From assembly GCA_964580675.1 (NCBI GenBank), contig CAZOLI010000014.1:14364-78363 (forward strand): 64,000 nucleotides of DNA, written 5' to 3'. Below are positions 21,176 to 30,660 of the stretch, piece by piece. The first letter of the stretch is position 1, and each line of letters begins with the position of its first letter. The DNA is from an uncultured Planctomycetia bacterium (GTDB taxonomy: Bacteria; Planctomycetota; MHYJ01; CAYXQY01). A program made the translations under genes and the position numbers. The notes under the pieces are model-generated. The model searched no databases, was not told the DNA's origin, and was given only the letters and a program-made list of their open reading frames with translations.

Positions 21176-21249
21176 GCGCCCTTAGCTCAACTGGATAGAG
21201 CACCGCACTACGGATGCGGAGGTTCGGGGTTCGAATCCTCGAGGGCGTA
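21176..21249 (+). tRNA. tRNA-Arg (anticodon ACG)
   Basis: A 74-nt cloverleaf folded by hand. Acceptor GCGCCCT/AGGGCGT. D-arm GCTC-AACTGGATA-GAGC. Anticodon stem CCGCA/TGCGG with loop CTACGGA. T-arm CGGGG-TTCGAAT-CCTCG. Discriminator A. No encoded CCA. Confidence 0.85.
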
Positions 21250-21394
21250 TCATCCCCTTGAAAATTTATACGATGAGGAAGGGAATCCTTCTTATCTGCA
21301 CGGTTCTCCGGGGATGTTGTGAGGTGATGCCCGGTCATTGCTCGATCAATTCTATCGCTCGAAATATCCCGGTTTACGGGGGACCACGCGAACC

Positions 21395-22303
21395 ATGTCA
21401 TTCCCGGCGTCAGAAGATGAATTAACCACTGCGGTCGACGTATCGATTGTCGTCCCCACGTATCGAGAAGTGGACAATGTTCGGGATCTCCTACCGGCCA
21501 TAGACCGGGCAATGTCCCGGGTAAGCGCGTCTTACGAAGTCATCATCGTGGACGATGACAGTGGTGACGGCATCCCGGAACTCGTAAGGGAAAAATCAAA
21601 TGAGTATCCGGTTCGAATCATCATACGAACGGAGGAACGTGGACTGAGTTCGGCGGTTCTCCGGGGGTTTCGGGAGGCAGACGGATCGGTTCTGGTCTGC
21701 ATGGACGCGGACCTGAGTCATCCACCGGACACACTGCCGGAGATGATTCAACCCATTCTCCGGGAGAAGGCGGACTTCACGATCGGAAGTCGATACCTTG
21801 AGGAAAGCAAAACGGATGAAAAATGGGGCCTTCTTCGATGGATCAACAGCAACGTCGCCACCCTCCTGGCCCGCCCCTTCGTTTCCGTGTCGGATCCAAT
21901 GTCGGGATTTTTCGCGCTGTCGAGAACGGTTTTTGAATCCTCGGACGATCTAAATCCCGTGGGATACAAAATTGCCCTGGAACTCCTTGTGAAATGCAAC
22001 GTGACCAATTTGCGCGAAGTGCCGATTTACTTTCGACAGCGGAAACACGGGAAAAGCAAACTGACGTTCACTGAGCAGTTAAAGTATTTGAATCACATAC
22101 GGCGGCTCGCCAACCACCGTTACGGCCGCACCTCACAATACATTCAATTCGCCGGTGTGGGTGCAACGGGCATGGTCGTGGATCTCGCTCTGGTTAACGT
22201 ACTTCTCCTCCTTCTCCAGCTCCCCTCATTGGTTGCCCGGGCGGCGGGAATCCTTACGGCCATGACCTGGGAACTTTTTCCTGAACAAAATGATTACGTT
22301 TGA
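21395..22303 (+). CDS. GT2 polyprenyl-phosphate glycosyltransferase (DPM1/ArnC-like) with a C-terminal GtrA-like domain interrupted by a +1 frameshift
   Basis: Contains VSIVVPTYREVDNV, VIIVDDDSGDG and CMDADLSHPP (GT2 DxD). The C-terminus begins a GtrA fold (QFAGVGATGMVVDLALVNVLL) that continues in the +1 frame after 22268 (TWNFFLNKMITF...). Confidence 0.75.
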   Translation: MSFPASEDELTTAVDVSIVVPTYREVDNVRDLLPAIDRAMSRVSASYEVIIVDDDSGDGIPELVREKSNEYPVRIIIRTEERGLSSAVLRGFREADGSVLVCMDADLSHPPDTLPEMIQPILREKADFTIGSRYLEESKTDEKWGLLRWINSNVATLLARPFVSVSDPMSGFFALSRTVFESSDDLNPVGYKIALELLVKCNVTNLREVPIYFRQRKHGKSKLTFTEQLKYLNHIRRLANHRYGRTSQYIQFAGVGATGMVVDLALVNVLLLLLQLPSLVARAAGILTAMTWELFPEQNDYV

Positions 22304-22496
22304 AGAACGAGAGGGGAGTCGAATGGCTTTTCAGTACGTCCAGTTTGTTCTTTCAAGCGGGGTTGGGGCGATTGCCAACATGGGTGTTTTTACCCTACTG
22401 TACGATTACTTTCCGAACACCACATACTTCAACTACACCGCGGCCGTAACCGGTATTCTTATTGGCTCCGTCATTAATTCCTCCTTTCGGACATAA
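22269..22496 (+). pseudogene. GtrA-family segment in the +1 frame, a continuation of the upstream GT2-GtrA gene
   Basis: The +1 frame reads WNFFLNKMITFEEREGSRMAFQYVQFVLSSGVGAIANMGVFTLLY...INSSFRT, i.e. GtrA TM2-TM4. An extra G in the run at 22268-22270 separates it from the GT2 frame. Confidence 0.55.
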
Positions 22497-22639
22497 TTGT
22501 ATTTCGCGATAACACGGAGGCCAGCAATGCCGGTTGAGCCCTCGGATTCGAATGATTATGAAATGACCGGCACAGAGGTCCGGAAGGACTCCTCTTTCTG
22601 GCAGACGCGAACCGGTCAATGAACCTTCCTCCTTCTTCT

Positions 22640-23752
22640 ATTTCTGGTGGCGCTGGCTCCACGGGTATACGCCGCCATACCTGTGTGCGTCATTTATTGC
22701 GGCGCCGTCGTTAATTCGGTACGAGGCCTGGCTGCTCGTTCCGGTCGTTCTGGGATGTATTACCTGGAAACAAACGAATGGACACTCGACCGATTTCTGC
22801 ACCTTCTCGGCATTGGGGCGACCTTATCAGTCGGGGCTTTTCTCTGACACCTGGTCGAGCTGATCTGCTATGGAAACCTCATGAAATACTACCTGATCCG
22901 GGACAAGTACATCGTCTTCGTGTACCGGTTTTCGCCGGAACTGAAGACGCTCGGTGTTCAGCAGATTCTAACCGATCTGGGGCGACTGTTTTTTTTTTAC
23001 GCCGGGGCCCGTGTTTATAGTAGGTGCCGTGAAACTGCTGTTTGTGTATCTTGGTCCGGAAAATGAGATGAGTGAATCGGATCGGAATGATTTTGCCCTT
23101 GTTTCGGAAGGGCTGTTTTTCAGCGTCCTCGCCGGGTTCATTCTTCTTTCGTATATAGCCGGATTTCAGCCGGAGTAATGGGTTCGTTACGGGCTGGTTC
23201 TGTTGGTTTCGAGCTGGCCGATGGTCGCAACGGGCCTGCAGGAAAGCCTGCGAAAAAACCGAACCATCGGACAGTGTCTGTGGACAATTGCGGGCGTCTG
23301 CGTGCTGATTCAGACCCCGGCCCTGTGGAAACTGTGGGAAACACGCACGTCACCCAACCCGGGACGTGAAACTGGATTAATCCGTTGCCCAAAAAATACC
23401 GGACCTCGAGGAAAAACAGGGGCCCATCCGGATCTTCTGCGACTGGCCATCCATCCGGGTGCTTTCCCGACTTTCGGGAAATCGAATCTTCACGGGATAC
23501 GACGCGCCGGACGGAAAAAAACCGTTTCTGCGGTTTCTTCGGGAAAAGAAGATCCAGTATGTCGTGTATCTGCACGCGGAATACGGGAAAATGGGAACCC
23601 TGTTTCCAAAAATGCGCGATGGGGCCGGCCAGGGATCATTTCTTCCGATCATGACCGCAGAACTTCGAAAACAACAGATGGAAGGATACCCGGCGATATG
23701 GCTTTATCGGTTCAAACCGTCGGAGTCGTTTGATGGAGAACGGGATTAATAA
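22640..23752 (+). pseudogene. fragmented membrane-protein gene remnant (possibly an ArnT/GT39-like glycosyltransferase)
   Basis: Four or more short hydrophobic ORFs across three frames. Frame breaks sit at a T10 run (22989-22998) and an A7 run (23515-23521). The last fragment (FLRFLREKKIQYVVYLHAEYG...) looks like the hydrophilic C-terminus of a membrane glycosyltransferase. Position after GT2-GtrA fits the usual three-gene arrangement. Confidence 0.3.
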
Positions 23753-23873
23753 AAATGTGTTCCTTACACCCCATCCAAAAGTGTTGGGAGGTGAGGGCGT
23801 CCGGATTCCTGGGGCGACGGTGGTGGGGGGATGTCATACGGGAATGGTCCAGGAATTAACAACAGCTGGTCGT

Positions 23874-25043
23874 TCACCCTTGCTCGGGGGTGCGCATTTT
23901 GAATTCTTTCTGGATCAACCTGTTGTCGATGTCCACGTCCGCGAGACGGTTGACGATTCGTTCCGGGGAATCTGGTCGTTCGTACGGGTTGCTCATGCCC
24001 GAAAGGGAATTTCGAAAGTCCGGGTCGAGGGCGCGCTGGAGGGTTTCCTCAATCTCCATTTGGTCAACGGCGGAACGCAGCACGTTATCCCCCGCCTCAC
24101 GATGTTTCTGTCGCGAGCCCACGTTCACAAACGGCAATTCGAAACAGGGCGCCTCAATCAGGCCGCTTGAGGAATTGCCGGCCATCACGTCCACGGCACT
24201 CAACAAGCCCCAGAACCGGTCGTGTGACAGGTTTGTAAACTGGCGTGCTTTCGGGTTTGACGACACAAACCGATCGATTCGTTCAACAATCTTGCTGTTT
24301 TCCGGATCGGCGTTGGGGCGAATGAAGATCGGTTTCAGCTCCACGGCATCCAGTGCCTGAAGCAGCTGATCCACCTGGTCCGCCGGATTCCCGGGATCAA
24401 GGGTGACGGGATTGTAAATAACCAGTCCGGTTTGGCCGGAAAGGTCCAGGCCCAGGTCGTTTTCCAGCTCTTCCCCGGAGGGTAGGTTCGTATTCCGGAT
24501 CTGTTCAATCACCGGGGCCCCGGTGGTCTCGATTCGCCAGTTTTCCTCCCCCATCTGACGTATCCGGTCCGCCGCGAGGTCGGTGGCCGGGAAGTGAAGA
24601 TGGCTCATCTTTGATACGGCATGGCGTATCTGCTCATCCATAACACCCACCGTGGATTCCCCTCCGTGGACATGGGCCACCGGCAACTGACGGGGAAGGG
24701 CGGCTGTCACCGGTGGAAGTATATCAAATCGGTCACCGAGCACGAGAAGCATGTCCGGATCCCGATCCTCGAACAACGAGGCGAACTTGACGGTGCCCAG
24801 ACCGATGGCGGTGCCCGTTGCCTCCGCCGTATCCGATGAGAGAAGCATGTTCACCCGGGCATCGATCGCGATGTTGTCGTTCTCGATTTCCGTCCACGTC
24901 TCGCCGTAGGTGGCCGACAGGTGGGACCCGGTAACCACCAGCTGGAGAGAAAGGGACGAATGATGCTCGATTTTTCGCAAAACCGGTTTCAGGTGACCGT
25001 AATCCCCACGCCCACCGGACACCACGCATACCGTTCTTGCCAT
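23874..25043 (-). CDS. UDP-N-acetylglucosamine 2-epimerase (hydrolysing), NeuC-like
   Basis: Contains VVSGGRGDYGHLKPVL, HVHGGE and a hydrolysing-epimerase-like C-terminus. Confidence 0.8.
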   Translation of the reverse strand: MARTVCVVSGGRGDYGHLKPVLRKIEHHSSLSLQLVVTGSHLSATYGETWTEIENDNIAIDARVNMLLSSDTAEATGTAIGLGTVKFASLFEDRDPDMLLVLGDRFDILPPVTAALPRQLPVAHVHGGESTVGVMDEQIRHAVSKMSHLHFPATDLAADRIRQMGEENWRIETTGAPVIEQIRNTNLPSGEELENDLGLDLSGQTGLVIYNPVTLDPGNPADQVDQLLQALDAVELKPIFIRPNADPENSKIVERIDRFVSSNPKARQFTNLSHDRFWGLLSAVDVMAGNSSSGLIEAPCFELPFVNVGSRQKHREAGDNVLRSAVDQMEIEETLQRALDPDFRNSLSGMSNPYERPDSPERIVNRLADVDIDNRLIQKEFKMRTPEQG

Positions 25044-25425
25044 GGCAGTTACGATCGAACGTCAAGAACCCGAAACAACAAGTCGAAGTGTTCATCCCCG
25101 TCATATTAACTCAGTTTTCATTGGTTAACAACTCGACGAATACACTGGGATTTCCGAGTTCGGCAGAGATTAAACCGTCTAAAACCCAACAACCATAAAG
25201 GACCGCCAAACCGCATAAATTTATATTCAGAGCTTCCGTTTTCCCTGGGGAGGGAAGCACACCCGGGTCCCCTTTTGCTTATCCAGTGCCGTCTACGGCC
25301 GTATATTCCTGTTTCTGGCCTTTTAACGGAACGTTTTTACAAGCAGTAAATTTTTCACGCCCTCAATTCCGAAATGTTATATTCGGCCTGGATATTTCAC
25401 CGGAATTCTCCAAGAGGGAATAACC

Positions 25426-25857
25426 ATGACTGAACAGCAGATAACGACTCAACCGGATCGGGACGGAGTAATCACAAACATCGAAGACCGTGACCTGGAA
25501 GAAAAACTGTCGGAAAAGGCATACCGTACCATGGTGGAAAAAGACACGGAGAAGCCCTTTTCCGGAAAATATCATGATCATCAGGAAGAGGGTGTTTACA
25601 CCTGCAAAGGGTGTGGAACGGAATTGTTCTCCTCGGAACACAAGTATGATTCCGGATCCGGTTGGCCCTGCTTCTGGTCACCGGCAAATGAGAATGCCAT
25701 TCGAGAACAGCTGGACACGTCCATGAGCATTTCGCGAACGGAACTGGTATGCGCGGAATGCGGCGCACACCATGGCCACCTGTTTGAGGATGGTCCCGAA
25801 CCGACCGGTCTCCGTTATTGCGTGAACTCCGCCGGGCTGGAATTCAAAGAAGCATAA
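25426..25857 (+). CDS. msrB: peptide-methionine (R)-S-oxide reductase
   Basis: Two CxxC zinc motifs (CKGCGTEL, CAECGAHHGH) and a catalytic RYCVNSAGL block. Confidence 0.9.
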   Translation: MTEQQITTQPDRDGVITNIEDRDLEEKLSEKAYRTMVEKDTEKPFSGKYHDHQEEGVYTCKGCGTELFSSEHKYDSGSGWPCFWSPANENAIREQLDTSMSISRTELVCAECGAHHGHLFEDGPEPTGLRYCVNSAGLEFKEA

Positions 25858-26100
25858 GGAAAGAATTCGGTATTCGTACCGGGCATCCGAATCAGATTGC
25901 AATCCCATACGTGAGAGGATTCGGAGAAACACCGTTATATTTCTACAAATTTTTCCAGAGAACGCTTTCCTGAACCAGTGTCCCTGCCGGTTACGATGAA
26001 TTCCCTCATATCATAAAATATTGGTGTTGCCGGGATAAATGGTTTCGGTCCCGAAGGAACCGGGAAGTTCACGACGGTGGTTTTATCTGGATAACAACCC

Positions 26101-26604
26101 GTGTTCGAGGTGTTAAACAAGTCGGATGATGAGTTACTGGAGGAATGCCGGGTGGACGTTTACCGGTCCTCCGGACCGGGGGGAACAAAAGCCGATACCA
26201 CGGAGTCGGCCGTTCGCATCACTCATAAACCCACCGGCGTACAGGCATCCGCACAGGATCGACGGTCCCAGCACAAGAACAAATCACTCGCACTCCGGCG
26301 GCTCCGGATCAACTACGCCCTGAAAGAACGCCATGACATTGATCCCGAGCAAATAGGGATACCACCGGCATTGGAGGAGTACACGAAGTCCGGGCTAAAA
26401 ATAAACACAAGAAACCGGTGGTACCCGTTCCTCGTCAAACTTGTACTGGACGTATTTACCGCGTACAAAGGTTCGGTTTCGGATACGGCGGAGCGTCTCG
26501 GGGTGTCCACCGGTCGTCTCGTTTCGTTTCTCAAGAACGATGAACGCCTTTGGCGGAAGGCAAATAAGTTACGGGATGCATTTGACCTTCACCGGCTCCG
26601 ATAA
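26101..26604 (+). CDS. ArfB-like RF-1-domain protein (peptidyl-tRNA hydrolase family) with GGT in place of GGQ
   Basis: Contains [18 protein letters not shown] and [17 protein letters not shown] start gives the correct spacing to the GGx motif. Confidence 0.6.
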   Translation: MFEVLNKSDDELLEECRVDVYRSSGPGGTKADTTESAVRITHKPTGVQASAQDRRSQHKNKSLALRRLRINYALKERHDIDPEQIGIPPALEEYTKSGLKINTRNRWYPFLVKLVLDVFTAYKGSVSDTAERLGVSTGRLVSFLKNDERLWRKANKLRDAFDLHRLR

Positions 26605-26633
26605 GGAATAACCGAAACCGAACGGGACAGAGG

Positions 26634-27698
26634 TCAAAAACCGAGGTTTCGAAACACCTCGGCGGTGCTGTTAAGGAACTTCACCAGCTTCGGATGTTCG
26701 AAGATGGTGATATTGATAAACGCCACAATTGAGGCTTTAGCGTCCATAATTTCCGAGATCGTGGACTCCGGGCCGTCCCAGACTTCTTTAATTTCCTCGT
26801 ACATCCGTTCACGGGCCTCATCGGAGTCCAGGTTGATGAGTTGATCTTTCAGATAGTCGACAATTTCCTGAAACATGCCCCGATCAAGCCACGTTCCCTC
26901 ACAATCCGGACAGTAATCAAGAAGAATACGGTCCTCTCCGAACTGAAGGGTGAGGAGTTCTTTGTTCAGACATTTCGGACACTCCCTTCGGGAAGGCATG
27001 GCGGAGGCAGTGTTAAGTTCCTCAACCTCCTCATCGATCCACCGCAGGTCCGTCCAGTTTCCCTGTTTCACACGGTCCTTCAGCTGTCGCAATTCATCCG
27101 GGTCCAGCCAGATCCCTCTGCAGGTCGGACAGCTCTCAATGGTAATGTCGTAGACCTCGTACTGGTTCAGTTTTTCGTCACACGAAGGACAGAGGAAATC
27201 GGTCTCACCAACTTTTTCGCCGTGTTTTATCGGCGGGGTTTCCTCCTCCGTTCGACGTCCTTCAATGTTCATCTCCCAGATTCGGTTCTGCCAGTACGGC
27301 ACATGGATACTGTTCACAAAATTTGAAAACCCGGTTGATTTTGTCGGTAGAATTTTTCGCAGTTCCTCGTTTATTTCGTTTAACTCTCCCACGTCGAGCC
27401 AGAACCCCTCGCATATCCGGCAGTAGTCCAGAAGGATGTCGGTGAACTCGAGGAAGTACACTTTGTTCATTTTTGTGTTTTCACAATTCGGGCAGTTCCG
27501 GAGGGGCTCCTCCACTTCCTCAGCCGGCTCCCGACTCGACATCTCCACGTCGGAGACGTCCGTTTCGGCCATCGTGTCCAGCTCTCCCCTGGGCATCCAC
27601 ATGCTCTCACACGTCCGGCAGATAAAGTACGACACCTCCCCTTCCATCGTGCGGACATAATGGTTGATCAAATCATCCTTGCAGTTGAGACATTTCAT
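26634..27698 (-). CDS. protein with four tandem TFIIB-type zinc-ribbon modules
   Basis: Four repeats of CPxC-(x15-20)-CxxC-x-G-x-WLD-x-GEL (CPNCEN...CRICEGFWLDVGEL; CPSCDEK...CPTCRGIWLDPDEL; CPKCLNK...CPDCEGTWLDRGMF; CLNC...CRTCESMWMPRGEL). Confidence 0.6.
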   Translation of the reverse strand: MKCLNCKDDLINHYVRTMEGEVSYFICRTCESMWMPRGELDTMAETDVSDVEMSSREPAEEVEEPLRNCPNCENTKMNKVYFLEFTDILLDYCRICEGFWLDVGELNEINEELRKILPTKSTGFSNFVNSIHVPYWQNRIWEMNIEGRRTEEETPPIKHGEKVGETDFLCPSCDEKLNQYEVYDITIESCPTCRGIWLDPDELRQLKDRVKQGNWTDLRWIDEEVEELNTASAMPSRRECPKCLNKELLTLQFGEDRILLDYCPDCEGTWLDRGMFQEIVDYLKDQLINLDSDEARERMYEEIKEVWDGPESTISEIMDAKASIVAFINITIFEHPKLVKFLNSTAEVFRNLGF

Positions 27699-27910
27699 GC
27701 GTTCCTTTCGTGGTTAACTGTCGAAACGTATCTCTAAAATATGGGTGGATTATAAACTGAGCCTCATGGATATGAGAATAGCAGGTGGGGATTTCCTTTT
27801 AAACTGGATATCCAGATATTTCTTTTCCATAATAAAGACAATCATCGGAACAGAAACAATTTGTACGAAAGGAATTCGACATCTTAAATTGATTGGAAAC
27901 GGAGGCACTC

Positions 27911-28432
27911 ATGGCGAACATACCACTGGTTAAACCGGACGACGCGGAGGGACAGGTCCAGGAAATTTACGATGCCATTGAACAGAATTTCGGTCAGGTA
28001 CTGAACCTCATCCAGGTAATGGGAAACAGCCCACCGGCACTGAAAGGATTTGCAACAATGATCGGATCCATGGATGAGTTTGAGCTGGACCCGGCGCTCC
28101 GGGAACTGGCCTACCTGAAAGCATCGGAAGTAAATGGTTGCAAGTACTGACTGCACTACCACACCGCCTCCGGTCTGGAGGCAGGACTCGAGGAGGATCA
28201 GATTCAGAACCTCTCCAGTTTCCGTGACAGCGACGCCTACAGCGACGCCGAACAGAGTTTGCTGACGTACGCCGAACAGTTGACCAATACGGCGTCCGTT
28301 GAGGAAGAAACGGTGAACCAGATGAAAGAACATTTTTCCGACCGGGAATTCCTTGAAATCTGCGTAACCATCAGCGCGGCAAACTTCGTCAATCGCATCA
28401 ACCACGGGATGAACGTGGAAATTGATGAATAA
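27911..28432 (+). CDS. AhpD/carboxymuconolactone-decarboxylase-family protein with an in-frame TGA (candidate selenocysteine) at the second Cys of the NGCxYC motif
   Basis: Reads ...KASEVNGCKY-[TGA at 28148-28150]-LHYHTASGLEAG... and stays in frame to TAA at 28430-28432, about 173 codons total. The AhpD core motif S-x-x-N-G-C-x-Y-C-x-x-x-H-T is intact except for TGA at the second Cys. A hairpin lies downstream at 28166-28182. Confidence 0.55.
28163..28186 (+). promoter_or_regulatory. candidate bacterial SECIS hairpin
   Basis: GCCUCC-GGUCU-GGAGGC, extendable with a bulged A. The apical loop GGUCU resembles the E. coli fdhF SECIS loop (AGGUCU). The loop G-U sits 26-27 nt from the U of the UGA. 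Confidence 0.45.
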
Positions 28433-28483
28433 AAACCAATTGCTTTTGTCCGTCCACCTTGTTCCCCTCGACGTGATACAAAG

Positions 28484-29503
28484 ATGAGGAAACAGATTCA
28501 TCCATATTTGATTACTCTTCTTCCGGTTCTCGGTGGATTCCTTCTATTACTTCCGGGATGTCATACGGCGAACAAGCCGGGAGGCGAAATCATCAAACTT
28601 GGAGAGCTCCTCACCAAACAGGAAACGGCGATGACGAGGGGGACGACGGAACAAACCGATCACCTTCTGTTTGTTGCAACCACAAATGATCGGGGTCATC
28701 CCCAGATCCTTCTTTACCGAACGTCGAAAAAGGGTCTGCTAAAATTGCTCGCATCCCGCAACCTGAAATACGAATACCGTTTGCGAAACCAGGCGTTTCC
28801 CGATCAAGACGATCCCGAACCCCGGCCCGGACGGCCACCGTTTAACGAGATGAAGAATGTACTCGGTGAGGAGAAAACAGACGTTTCCTTTCTGAATCCG
28901 GAAGAACCGGTTCTTGTCAACCGGCTTGCAACAGCATTTGGCCGCACGGGTTCGGAGGGAGGGGTTTTTTACGTGGTGGGAGAGGATCCCGACGGCCGTC
29001 AGAACCTTCTTGCCTACCGGGTGACGGAGGATCAGCAGCTTTCACTGGTGGCCGTCCGGTCCATGGAATACGACCGGCAGCTGACCAACACGGTGTTTGG
29101 AAAAAAGAAAAACCGACCCAGTCTGCCGGAAGTACTGGACCTGAAAGCGGCCACAACGGACCGGGATAATTCCAAATCTTCAAGCGAGGAAATCAGCAAC
29201 AACCTAACTTCCGAAAAACTCGGTGTGGCCACCGCTGAAATTTCGGACAACCACGATGGTCTGTTCGTTCTAACGTACGGCCCGGATGGACGTCCCCGCC
29301 TCCTGCTCTACACGGTTGATCGGAAAAACATCCTTTATCTTATGGCCGGTCGGGAAATTACGTACGACCGAAAGATTTTCAACGTGATGTTTCGTTCGGG
29401 CCAGCCACACGGAGGGGGTTTTCCCACCGCGAAATGGATGTATAAATTCGTAAAGGAAAAGGGATACCTGAAGGAACGGGCGAAGACGAACGAAGGGAAT
29501 TAG
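28484..29503 (+). CDS. lipoprotein with three internal about-40-aa repeats
   Basis: Lipobox LLLPGC. Repeats LLLYRTSKKGLLKLLASRNLKYEYRL, LLAYRVTEDQQLSLVAVRSMEYDRQL and LLLYTVDRKNILYLMAGREITYDRKI. Confidence 0.55.
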   Translation: MRKQIHPYLITLLPVLGGFLLLLPGCHTANKPGGEIIKLGELLTKQETAMTRGTTEQTDHLLFVATTNDRGHPQILLYRTSKKGLLKLLASRNLKYEYRLRNQAFPDQDDPEPRPGRPPFNEMKNVLGEEKTDVSFLNPEEPVLVNRLATAFGRTGSEGGVFYVVGEDPDGRQNLLAYRVTEDQQLSLVAVRSMEYDRQLTNTVFGKKKNRPSLPEVLDLKAATTDRDNSKSSSEEISNNLTSEKLGVATAEISDNHDGLFVLTYGPDGRPRLLLYTVDRKNILYLMAGREITYDRKIFNVMFRSGQPHGGGFPTAKWMYKFVKEKGYLKERAKTNEGN

Positions 29504-30483
29504 AAACGAACCGTCTCCCGGATAGCGGGAACAATACGATCCGCGGTGGGGAGATACTCGTCTTCAAGCTTGTACGGGAATGGGGTGTCGTAACCGGTCA
29601 CACGCTTCACCGGGGCTTCCAGGTAAAGAATGGCTTTTTCCGAAATTAGCGCGGCAAGTTCCGCCCCCGGACCAGCGGTTTTTGGGGCTTCGTGCACGAT
29701 CACAATTCGACCGGTCCTTTCAACCGACTCCAGCAGCGTTTCTTCATCAAGAGGAAGCACGGTTCGTAGATCAATCAAATCCACCTCGATGCCGTCTTCT
29801 TTCCGAACCGTCTCCGCAGCCTCCTCGGCTTCGTGGCGCATGGCTCCGTAGGCCACAACCGTGACGTCCTCTCCCTCCATCACCCGGTTTGCTTCCCCGA
29901 GGGGAACGGTATAATCCCCTTCCGGAATTTCCCCGGTTTCCGACCGGTAGATCAATTTCGGTTCCATGAAAATCACCGGGTTCTCGTCCCGGATGGCGGA
30001 CAGAAGTAGTCCCTTTGTATCGGGTACGGTGGAGGGAATGACAACTTTTAAACCCGGTGTATGCATGAAATACGCCTCCGGACTCTGACTGTGATAATGT
30101 CCACCACCCACGCCACCTCCGTACGGGGCGCGAATCACAAGTGGACACGTGTATTCTCCGGCCGAGCGGTACCGGAGTTTCGACAGCTCCGTCACAATTT
30201 GATCAAACCCCGGATACACGAAGTCGATAAACTGAATCTCCGGTATCGGTATCAACCCGTTCATCGCCATCCCGATCGCAGTTCCGATGATGCCGGCTTC
30301 CGCAAGCGGAGTGTCCACGACCCGTTCTTCTCCGAATTCCTCCTGTAAACCGACGGTGGCACGGAACACACCGCCGAACTTGCCCACATCCTCCCCGAGA
30401 ACCACCACGGTATCGTCCCTTGACATTTCATGGTGAAGTGTATGATTCACCGTCTGAACCAGGTTCTTCGTCTCGTTGCTCAT
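29500..30483 (-). CDS. alpha-ketoacid dehydrogenase E1 component beta subunit
   Basis: Contains VLGEDVGKFGGVFRAT, TPLAEAGIIGTAIGMA and a transketolase-C-like C-terminus. No E1-alpha gene adjacent. Confidence 0.85.
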   Translation of the reverse strand: MSNETKNLVQTVNHTLHHEMSRDDTVVVLGEDVGKFGGVFRATVGLQEEFGEERVVDTPLAEAGIIGTAIGMAMNGLIPIPEIQFIDFVYPGFDQIVTELSKLRYRSAGEYTCPLVIRAPYGGGVGGGHYHSQSPEAYFMHTPGLKVVIPSTVPDTKGLLLSAIRDENPVIFMEPKLIYRSETGEIPEGDYTVPLGEANRVMEGEDVTVVAYGAMRHEAEEAAETVRKEDGIEVDLIDLRTVLPLDEETLLESVERTGRIVIVHEAPKTAGPGAELAALISEKAILYLEAPVKRVTGYDTPFPYKLEDEYLPTADRIVPAIRETVRF

Positions 30484-30660
30484 CAGGTACTTACTTGATA
30501 TGAGGTTGTCGGTCGGAATGGACGGGGCCGTATGGCGGGTGCTGGCTCGGAAGTGTTAATGGACCGTTTCAGATGCAGTTTCCGTTTCTTCGGGATTCAC
30601 CAAACCGGACTGCGTCGCCGTTACAATCTCCGGTTTATACTTTATTCACAAAGCCTGTTG

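Noticed and set aside
24000-24040. GAAAGTCCGGG, an RNase P RNA-like motif
   Set aside because: It lies inside the neuC coding region on the opposite strand, with none of the other RNase P conserved regions nearby.
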